Positions 56,809-64,000 of a DNA stretch of 64,000 nt are shown piece by piece (the first letter of the stretch is position 1; every line of letters begins with the position of its first letter). This DNA comes from a virus. The stretch covers positions 1-64,000 of the IMG/VR virus record IMGVR_UViG_3300027906_000003. One strand, given 5' to 3'. The notes under the pieces were generated by a model. That model saw nothing but the letters and a program-made list of their open reading frames with translations, ran no database searches and was not told the origin of the DNA. The translations under genes and the position numbers were made by a program.

Positions 56809-58461
56809 ATGGCAGCTGATTCTAAATTTATTGACATCAAAACAGTTGAAGATGTTGATAAGATAAAACAAATAGATTTCTCAGATGTAGAGAACGCATT
56901 CTCTATAAGAAACAAAGAAGATTCTGAACACTATCATTTAGGAAGTCTAAATGTGAATCGTGTTATGAAAGATATCAATCCTTGTTATCAAGTTCTTAAA
57001 AAAGTATTCGAAGAGAAAAAAATACCACCTCTTAAATTATTTACATATGGTGATGTAATAAATGATAGAAGAGGAAATACAATGTTGACTATGCACGGTT
57101 TAAAACACCATTCTCTAGTATATAACGCATTCCTACCTTATGGTTATACTTGTGCTCCAACTCCAGAAATGTTTCCAACAGGAACAAATACATCTGTAAT
57201 TAGAACAGAAGAAGACCCAAATGGAGAAAGGTCTATAAATTATTATGCAGTAGAAAAAGATGAAGAAGATAGTCAATCTCAACCACAAAAAACACTTTGG
57301 GATAGTTCTTACTATCACGCTGCGAAAGCACACTGGTTAACTCAAAGTATAATTGAAGATGGTTTATGGGCACCAATACAAGGAATTATTTTAAAAGATA
57401 CTTCATGGATTGATGAAAACAATCCAGATGAAAAGTATAAATTCTATGTTCATCCAGGTTCTGTTCGTTCAGGTGTTATTGAAGAAATGCAAGACCCTAG
57501 TATGATGTGTCATTTCTTTGACCCACATAACAAGGTTCCTGATGTTGAACCAGCAACAGTAGATGAGTTTTTGGATTATTGGAAAGACTTACTTGAAAAA
57601 AGAAATATAGAACAAGACAATCTATCTTTTATTATAACAGGTGGAGTTATAGAGGTAAGCAGTGAGTTTGCAAATGTGTCTGATTTTAGGCCTAAAATAT
57701 ATGAGTTTAATAAGAAAGTTCATAAACTTGCAAAAGGTAAACCTCTAAACATATACATTGGTTATGACTCAACACATAATCAATTAGAAGAATTAACCAA
57801 GTTCTCCATAGAAGACTCAATTAAACAAAGTTTTTCTGCAAATACAAAAACAAATCGATTCATTCCTGAGATAAAAATGCTTGACTATTCTAAGATTCCA
57901 GTGTATAATAGGGAGTATGCAAATCAATCTACTGCGTTTACATACAGTAGATTTTTGATACCTTACTTAGAGAATTATGAAGGATTCAGTATGTTTCTTG
58001 ATGATGATATTCTTTTTGAAGAGAATTTATTACCAATGTTCTACTATCTAAATCCTGATGATGCGGTTGCGTGTATTCAATACCCACAATATAAACACGA
58101 TTCTGTTAAGTTTAATGGTGAAATAAACATAGATTATCCATGTAAGTTGTGGTCTTCATTAATGATATTTAATAATGGACATGAAGACTGTAAGAAACTA
58201 ACACCAGAAGTTGTTAATACATGGACAGGTGCTCAGTTGCATCAGTTCGAATGGACAGATAAATTGAGTAAGATACCTGAACACTATATTTTTACTGAAG
58301 GATATGATAATCCAGAAACCAAATGGGGTTGTTCTGGTTATCATTATACAAGAGGTGGTCCTTGGATAGATAACATGGACACATCTAATATTAAAAGACT
58401 ATCACACTATGAGAAAATAAAGACTCGTAGAGACAACCTAAATAATTTGAAGAGAGGATAA
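56809..58461 (+). CDS. unknown N-terminal domain fused to a GT-A glycosyltransferase
   Basis: C-terminal half IYIGYDS, STAFTYSRFLIPYL, FLDDD (DxD), WSSLMIFN, HYTRGGPW. Confidence 0.78.
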   Translation: MAADSKFIDIKTVEDVDKIKQIDFSDVENAFSIRNKEDSEHYHLGSLNVNRVMKDINPCYQVLKKVFEEKKIPPLKLFTYGDVINDRRGNTMLTMHGLKHHSLVYNAFLPYGYTCAPTPEMFPTGTNTSVIRTEEDPNGERSINYYAVEKDEEDSQSQPQKTLWDSSYYHAAKAHWLTQSIIEDGLWAPIQGIILKDTSWIDENNPDEKYKFYVHPGSVRSGVIEEMQDPSMMCHFFDPHNKVPDVEPATVDEFLDYWKDLLEKRNIEQDNLSFIITGGVIEVSSEFANVSDFRPKIYEFNKKVHKLAKGKPLNIYIGYDSTHNQLEELTKFSIEDSIKQSFSANTKTNRFIPEIKMLDYSKIPVYNREYANQSTAFTYSRFLIPYLENYEGFSMFLDDDILFEENLLPMFYYLNPDDAVACIQYPQYKHDSVKFNGEINIDYPCKLWSSLMIFNNGHEDCKKLTPEVVNTWTGAQLHQFEWTDKLSKIPEHYIFTEGYDNPETKWGCSGYHYTRGGPWIDNMDTSNIKRLSHYEKIKTRRDNLNNLKRG

Positions 58462-58464
58462 ATT

Positions 58465-59046
58465 ATGAATGATATAAAAAACGCTTTAGTTTTTTGTGAG
58501 AACAGAAATCTTTGGATAAGAAAACCAAACGGACTTGAATACGAATTTCAGAATGTTGATAAACCTGCATTAGGTTTTGAATTTGATGTTGTAATATATG
58601 ATGAGATGGAAAGTAAAATTCTTAAATGGGACCCAAATAAAAATTTTGACGAACAAGAAATAGTTCCTTTAAATGAAAGTGAGAAAGAACTTTGTGAACA
58701 ATATATTGCAAATTCAGAAGCACCAGAAGGAATAAATCTACACAATCAATATGTAGAAAGACTTGGTGATTATTGCAGACAACAACAAGAAGAAGTTCGA
58801 ATGACTTATGGTTTCCGTGATATGGAAATGGTATTGGTTGCTGGTAGAGAGGGTTCAAATCATCCTATGAGAGGAAATGCCAGAAGAGTATTAGAGTATG
58901 TTGATAATACACATCAAATATTTGCTTCGGTAACTGATGAAATCTTTGCAACTAAAGAAGAACTACTTAAAGATTATGATGTTTATAGAAGACAGATACC
59001 TCAATCGTCTATGGCTACAGGCCATGCCGAATTAGGTAATGCCTAA
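58465..59046 (+). CDS. hypothetical protein, possible tail fibre assembly chaperone
   Basis: Position after the fibre genes; helical C-terminus loosely resembling tail-fibre-assembly proteins. Confidence 0.45.
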   Translation: MNDIKNALVFCENRNLWIRKPNGLEYEFQNVDKPALGFEFDVVIYDEMESKILKWDPNKNFDEQEIVPLNESEKELCEQYIANSEAPEGINLHNQYVERLGDYCRQQQEEVRMTYGFRDMEMVLVAGREGSNHPMRGNARRVLEYVDNTHQIFASVTDEIFATKEELLKDYDVYRRQIPQSSMATGHAELGNA

Positions 59047-59048
59047 AG

Positions 59049-59792
59049 ATGCAAGTCGTTCACATTGATAAACCCTTTAAGATACAGGACATGCCTTTAA
59101 AAGATGTCTATGTATTAGATAATTGGTTATCAACTGAACTACATCAACACTTCGATAAACTAATTTCTAATAATTCTTGGTGGTCTAAAACAAATCAAGT
59201 AGGCAGTAATAGTCCTACAGGTCTTCCACACCATTCTTTTTGGGGTGCGTCTTTCTTTAGAGACAACTATGAAATAGAACATGACATGGAACCTCTACAT
59301 ACATATTTTGTTAAATCTATTATAGAAAGACTTGAAGTTGAATTTGGATTTAAATATACTCGTTTTCAATATGCAGGCCTAAACTCACAAACACAAGGTT
59401 GTCCAGGAACAATACATACAGACTGTTCAAATGATGACGCATGGAATATATCCTTTCTATATTACCCAAATAGATTTTGGAATCCAAAATGGGGTGGGAC
59501 ATTAAGATTGCTTGATGAACCACATCAAGGTTTAGATGGAAGACAAGAACATATTGAGAAACATCAGATAGCCGAAGTAGAGTTTGTTCCAAATCGACTA
59601 GTTATATTTGACGGAAGAATACCTCATGGTGCAGATGCACCAAATGAAAGTGCAAGATATATGGATAGAAAATCTTTAGTAATAAGAGGAGATGAGGTAG
59701 AATTAATAAAAAACACAGAGGTGTTGTATAAATCTTATAGAAGGCCAATGACAGAATGGGCCGCTGGAACACACCTACAACCTTACTTTTAA
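59049..59792 (+). CDS. 2OG-Fe(II) oxygenase, prolyl-hydroxylase-like
   Basis: HTD...LYYPN..W...WGG...PNRLVIFDGRIPH...R. Confidence 0.85.
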   Translation: MQVVHIDKPFKIQDMPLKDVYVLDNWLSTELHQHFDKLISNNSWWSKTNQVGSNSPTGLPHHSFWGASFFRDNYEIEHDMEPLHTYFVKSIIERLEVEFGFKYTRFQYAGLNSQTQGCPGTIHTDCSNDDAWNISFLYYPNRFWNPKWGGTLRLLDEPHQGLDGRQEHIEKHQIAEVEFVPNRLVIFDGRIPHGADAPNESARYMDRKSLVIRGDEVELIKNTEVLYKSYRRPMTEWAAGTHLQPYF

Positions 59793-59793
59793 A

Positions 59794-60879
59794 ATGCCAA
59801 CAATAGAATTTACATGTTATAACGATAGAACTCTAAAAGAGACTAGACCTATTCTTGCGTCTAAAGTCCAACCAGAATGGTGGAAAGGGTTGAAAATTAA
59901 TGAGATAGTCAGAGGTGATAAACAACAGACTATTAGAGCATGTCCAGCTATGCAAGATTGGTTGACTATGGGGTATTACCTAATTGCAGAAAAGGATATG
60001 TATGTTCAAATAGGTAGAGACAAATATGATGAGAGTGGAAAGGCTTCTGTTGCATGGTCATATGAAGACCCAAAATTAGGTTCGTCATCTCATCCAGACA
60101 CACAATTTGGAAATGCGTTCGAACCTGAAAAAAGAGCTGGACTTCCAGTGAAAGACGCATTCAAATTTAGGAATGCCTGGAATATAAAAACCCCACCTGG
60201 TTATTCTTGTTTATATCTTGACCCATTTTTACATCAAAACAATTTCTTTAGTGTATGGCCAGGTATAATAGACACTGATAAGTTTAATTTAAATATGGAT
60301 AATTCACAAGTTATATTTTATCCTAAAGTAGACCATTCATTTGTCATAAAGAAAGGAACTCCTTTAACTCAAATCATACCATTTAGAAGAGAAGAATGGA
60401 ATTCTTCTGCTCAGGTTAAAGACCCAAAAACATTTATAGACAATTTATCTGATGTGACATCTGTATATGGACCTGATAAACCAGTCACTTTACATATGGA
60501 ATATGCAGAATGGCAAGAAAAAGATAGGAAAGAAAAAGAAAAATTCAATGAGAGCAGAATTGCAACAGACGCTCTTATGGAAAATGCAAAAGGTAATAAA
60601 ATTAGAAAGTCTGTTCAAGGTGCCATAAACGAGGCAAATCTATTAGAAGCAAATGGATTAGGTCCTTATAGAAAAGTTGGAATGCACATGCCTAAAACTA
60701 AACTATACAAGAATAAAGGTAATGAATTGGATATAGAGATACCACCAGAATGCCCTATGCACAAGAAAACAGAAGAGTCTCCTGAAATTCAATTAGAAAT
60801 GGACTTCAATGATAAACAACGAGAGTTAACAGATTTAAATTGGGACGGTTCGGAGTCAAAGAAAATAGATAGAGATTAG
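59794..60879 (+). CDS. oxygenase-associated beta-fold protein (DUF6065-like)
   Basis: PEWW, TIRACPAMQD...GY, W.IKTPPGYSCLY, PGIIDTD, KGTPL.QIIPF.RE. Confidence 0.65.
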   Translation: MPTIEFTCYNDRTLKETRPILASKVQPEWWKGLKINEIVRGDKQQTIRACPAMQDWLTMGYYLIAEKDMYVQIGRDKYDESGKASVAWSYEDPKLGSSSHPDTQFGNAFEPEKRAGLPVKDAFKFRNAWNIKTPPGYSCLYLDPFLHQNNFFSVWPGIIDTDKFNLNMDNSQVIFYPKVDHSFVIKKGTPLTQIIPFRREEWNSSAQVKDPKTFIDNLSDVTSVYGPDKPVTLHMEYAEWQEKDRKEKEKFNESRIATDALMENAKGNKIRKSVQGAINEANLLEANGLGPYRKVGMHMPKTKLYKNKGNELDIEIPPECPMHKKTEESPEIQLEMDFNDKQRELTDLNWDGSESKKIDRD

Positions 60880-60882
60880 ATT

Positions 60883-61599
60883 ATGTCAGTTAAATTTTTT
60901 GCACCTCAGATGGTGTTTATAAGAGACTTGTTAGACCCAAGTTTAGGTGACATTGGTGTTGATGATAATTATATAAGTCTTCTTAAAAGAACTATAGATG
61001 AAATGAGGAGTGATGACCCAATAGGAAGAAGAATTTCAAATGCAGATACAGGTTGGCAATCAAATGACGGTTGTGAAGACCATCCAGCCTTTGTAAAATT
61101 AATGAGATGTATAAGAGAATCTCTTTATGAAGAAGTTTGGCCTTTTTGGGGATTAGATAGAAATAAGGGTCATATGGTTGAAATGCACAACTCATGGGCA
61201 AATATAAATGATAAGGGTGCCTGGAATAAACCACACAAACACAATGGTTGTTGGATGTCTGGTGCCTTTTATATAAATGCACAAGGAGATGAGGGTGATT
61301 TCATAGCAATGTCAGATTCAGATAGAGTAATGGGTGATTTTCCACATTCACAAAGAATGCAAGAGACTGAAAATTTAAGACCTAAAACAGGAATGTTGTA
61401 TATGTTTCCTAGTGGTTTGTCTCACATGGTTGCACCAAATACAACTGATAATGATAGATATAGTATATCATTTAATGTAGGATTTAGATACAAAGGAGAA
61501 AGACCAACAGGAGATATTCCAAATTGGCGTTGGGATGAAACTCTTTTTGATATCACACCAGACGGAAAACTTATACAAGTATCTACTGCAGAAGAATAA
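60883..61599 (+). CDS. 2OG-Fe(II) oxygenase (TIGR02466-like)
   Basis: GWQS, SWANIN, NKPHKH, SGAFY, FPSGLSHMV.PN, RYSISFN. Confidence 0.85.
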   Translation: MSVKFFAPQMVFIRDLLDPSLGDIGVDDNYISLLKRTIDEMRSDDPIGRRISNADTGWQSNDGCEDHPAFVKLMRCIRESLYEEVWPFWGLDRNKGHMVEMHNSWANINDKGAWNKPHKHNGCWMSGAFYINAQGDEGDFIAMSDSDRVMGDFPHSQRMQETENLRPKTGMLYMFPSGLSHMVAPNTTDNDRYSISFNVGFRYKGERPTGDIPNWRWDETLFDITPDGKLIQVSTAEE

Positions 61600-61604
61600 G
61601 ATTC

Positions 61605-61612
61605 CATAAATA
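61605..61612 (+). promoter_or_regulatory. late promoter
   Basis: CATAAATA, 5 nt before the ATG. Confidence 0.65.
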
Positions 61613-61617
61613 GTTGT

Positions 61618-61878
61618 ATGGAATTAATCATAGACGCTCATGTAATTTGGAATATACTCTTAACGCTGATATTAGCACCGTTAGGATTTCTTGTAAGGTC
61701 GGTTTTGTCTGAACAAAAACGATTGGACATTCTTGTCAATAAAACAAGAGAAGAAGTTGCTAGAGACTATGTGACTAGACAAGAGATTGAACAAGACTTT
61801 GAACGACTAGCAAGACAACTTCAAAGAATTGATGAGAAAATCGACAGACTTCAAAGTAAAACCTATTTCCAAGATTAG
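61618..61878 (+). CDS. TM plus coiled-coil protein
   Basis: WNILLTLILAPLGF; TREEVARDYVT; IDEKIDRL. Confidence 0.7.
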   Translation: MELIIDAHVIWNILLTLILAPLGFLVRSVLSEQKRLDILVNKTREEVARDYVTRQEIEQDFERLARQLQRIDEKIDRLQSKTYFQD

Positions 61879-61884
61879 GATTCG

Positions 61885-61892
61885 TATAAATA
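61885..61892 (+). promoter_or_regulatory. late promoter for the neck genes
   Basis: TATAAATA. Confidence 0.75.
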
Positions 61893-61920
61893 GTAGTAGA
61901 CCTTAAAATGGAATATTACT

Positions 61921-62736
61921 ATGGCAACACCAAATAGCAAAGCAACTTTCAAAGAATACATCAAAAGAAAACTCGGTGCGCCTGTTCTGGAAATCAATGT
62001 CGATGACGACCAATTTGAAGATAGAATGGATGAGGCAATACAGTGGTTTCAAGAGTATCACTATGATGGTTCTATAAAAACATACTTAAAACATGAGTTA
62101 ACCGACTCAGAACTAACACAAATGAAGACGGATACGAGTATGACATCGTCTCCAGCTGGTTCACACGACTACTCAAACACTGCATTTAAAGAACAACAGA
62201 ATTATATTGTTCTTCCAGAGTTCGTTCTTGCAGTTAATAACATATTTCCTTTCAACGATAAACACAATTTAAATATGTTTGACTTACGATATCAATTAAG
62301 ACTAAATGATATCTATGATTTAACATCAACAAACATTCTAAACTATTCAATGGTTCAACAACACATTAGTATGTTAGATGATATACTAGTTGGAAAAACA
62401 CCAATCAGATATAACACACATCAAAATAGACTATACTTAGATATGGCTACATCAAATGTATCTGCAGGTGAGTATATCATTATTGAATGTTATAGAAAAT
62501 TAGACCCCACAGACATGACAGATATCTATAATGATATGTGGTTGAAAAAATATGCAACTGCATTAGTCAAGTATCAGTGGGCAGAAAACTTATCTAAGTT
62601 CTCAGGAGTTGCACTACCAGGTGGTGTCACACTTGATGCTGAGAGAATGAAAACTGAAGCACAAGAAGAGATTACAAGATTAGAAGAAGAGTCAAGATTA
62701 AATCATCAAATGATGCCAATCGACTTAATGGGATAA
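61921..62736 (+). CDS. gp13: neck protein gp13
   Basis: LGAPVLEINVDDDQ, EYHYDG, WLKKYATAL.K.QW..NL.KF.G..LPGGV. Confidence 0.95.
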   Translation: MATPNSKATFKEYIKRKLGAPVLEINVDDDQFEDRMDEAIQWFQEYHYDGSIKTYLKHELTDSELTQMKTDTSMTSSPAGSHDYSNTAFKEQQNYIVLPEFVLAVNNIFPFNDKHNLNMFDLRYQLRLNDIYDLTSTNILNYSMVQQHISMLDDILVGKTPIRYNTHQNRLYLDMATSNVSAGEYIIIECYRKLDPTDMTDIYNDMWLKKYATALVKYQWAENLSKFSGVALPGGVTLDAERMKTEAQEEITRLEEESRLNHQMMPIDLMG

Positions 62737-62740
62737 TATT

Positions 62741-63595
62741 ATGCCGACAAATGTATACTTTAACCATGCAGTTAATACTGAACAACACCTCTATGAGGAT
62801 TTAGTTGTTGAATCACTTAGATTCTATGGTCATGAAACATACTATCTACCAAGACAGATAATAGAAGAAGATAGTATTCTTGGTGAAGATGTGCAATCAA
62901 CATTCGGTGATGCGTATTCTGTAGAAATGTATTTAGATAATGTTGAGGGGTTTGAAGGAGAGGACCTATTCTCTAAGTTTGGTATTCAAACACAAGAAGA
63001 ATGCACATTTACACTTGCACTTAGAACATGGGAAAGATTCATTTCATTAGACTCCAACTTAGTCACATCACTTAGACCAAATGAGGGAGACTTAGTATAC
63101 TTCCCTATGTCTGGTTCTATGTTTGAAATCAGATATGTCGAAGACCAAAATCCTTTCTTTCAGATAGGAAAACTTTTTGTATTCAAACTTAAATGCACAT
63201 TATTCGAATACAGTGGAGAAGACTTCGATACAAACATTGATGCAATTGACATTGTTGAAGACCAACAAGCATATACAATTCAATTAACAATGAATTCAAG
63301 TGGTTCAGGTGATTACGCAGCGAATGAATCAATTAAGATTGGTTCAACAGTAATTGGTGAAGTCACATCTTGGAAAGCGTCTACACATCTACTTACAGTT
63401 AAAGATGTCACCACAACGATTCAGGTTGGTGATACGATAGAGGGTGCTGTTAACGGTGCATCTTATACAGTTGCAAGTATTAGAGACATTCTAACTATGA
63501 ATGACGGAACAGGTGCTGATAATGCAGATTTAGAAACTACTGCAGACAACTACTTAGACTTCTCAGAAACAAACCCATTTGGTGAGGTTACATAA
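62741..63595 (+). CDS. gp14: neck protein gp14
   Basis: EQ.LYEDLVVES...YG...YLPR, SKFG, RPNEGDL.YFP, FSETNPFG. Confidence 0.95.
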   Translation: MPTNVYFNHAVNTEQHLYEDLVVESLRFYGHETYYLPRQIIEEDSILGEDVQSTFGDAYSVEMYLDNVEGFEGEDLFSKFGIQTQEECTFTLALRTWERFISLDSNLVTSLRPNEGDLVYFPMSGSMFEIRYVEDQNPFFQIGKLFVFKLKCTLFEYSGEDFDTNIDAIDIVEDQQAYTIQLTMNSSGSGDYAANESIKIGSTVIGEVTSWKASTHLLTVKDVTTTIQVGDTIEGAVNGASYTVASIRDILTMNDGTGADNADLETTADNYLDFSETNPFGEVT

Positions 63596-63810
63596 TGATA
63601 GAAAAAATAATTGCAGATACACTTAATGTAAAAGAAGATGTTATTAAAGACGATTCAAACTTTGTAGAAGATTTAGGTGCAGACTCACTTAACATTGTTG
63701 AACTAGTTATGCAAGTTGAAGAAAACTACGACATGGAAATTTCTGATGATGATGCAGAAACATTACATACAGTTGCAGACTTGAAACAGTATATAGAGGA
63801 CTATTCATAA
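63595..63810 (+). CDS. acpP: acyl carrier protein
   Basis: FVEDLGADSLNIVELVM.VEE (phosphopantetheine Ser); acidic, 71 aa. Confidence 0.9.
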   Translation: MIEKIIADTLNVKEDVIKDDSNFVEDLGADSLNIVELVMQVEENYDMEISDDDAETLHTVADLKQYIEDYS

Positions 63811-64000
63811 TGTTTGGTACCTATTTTTATAATGAAACAATCAAAAGGTCTGTTTCTATATTTGGAACTTTGTTTAATAACATAACTCTCAAAAAAATCA
63901 AATCAGATGGAACAATTCTTGGAGAACAGATAGTTCCTATATCATATGGTCCAAAACAAAAATGGTTAGAAAGAATCAATGTTGACCCAAAACAGAGAGA
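63810..64000 (+). CDS. gp15: tail sheath stabiliser/terminator gp15 (5' part, truncated by the window)
   Basis: MFGTYFYNETIKRSVSIFGTLFNNI...VPISYGPKQKWL. Confidence 0.9.
   Translation, partial: MFGTYFYNETIKRSVSIFGTLFNNITLKKIKSDGTILGEQIVPISYGPKQKWLERINVDPKQR

Noticed and set aside
55105-61599. Repeat proteins as multi-core RiPP precursors for the adjacent enzymes
   Set aside because: There is no leader/cleavage pattern or adjacent peptidase/exporter. Virion-type docking motifs and the mirror register fit a structural role better; not fully excluded.
1-64000. Stop-codon reassignment
   Set aside because: Core genes are full length in the standard code, and TAA, TAG and TGA all serve as stops.

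Overview
A 64-kb segment of an AT-rich T4-like myovirus genome, probably a marine phage of a heterotrophic bacterium (inferred from gene content). Bases 1-18.8 kb hold auxiliary, early and replication genes: split carbamoyltransferase, IscA, a RimK-protease fusion, RNase H, radical SAM/SPASM, SleB-like hydrolase, gp33, gp59, gp32 and ribosomal protein bS21. Bases 18.8-43.6 kb hold tail and baseplate genes (tape-measure-like, gp26/gp51, gp54-like, gp2, gp4, gp48, gp53, hub, gp5, gp25, gp6, gp7, gp8, VrlC-like). Bases 43.6-61.6 kb are a modular fibre cluster with modifying enzymes, followed by gp13, gp14, an acyl carrier protein and the start of gp15. The main discovery is two adjacent gene pairs (45075-47200 and 55105-56749) encoding Gln/Pro/Tyr-rich repeat proteins. 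Within each pair, the irregular 6/8/10-residue unit-length series of one protein is the exact reverse of its partner's (25 and 26 units), and a complementary motif rule (PY[I/P]A opposite Px[T/I]Y) holds in 23 of 23 8-mer pairs. This points to antiparallel, register-coded heterodimeric filaments that may dock on trimeric fibres through three-fold hairpin motifs. Other observations are a probable -1 frameshift joining gp26 to gp51, apparently leaderless late mRNAs, a possible capsid-targeting signal on RimK, and several structured leader RNAs. All assignments come from reading motifs by eye; no database searches were run.
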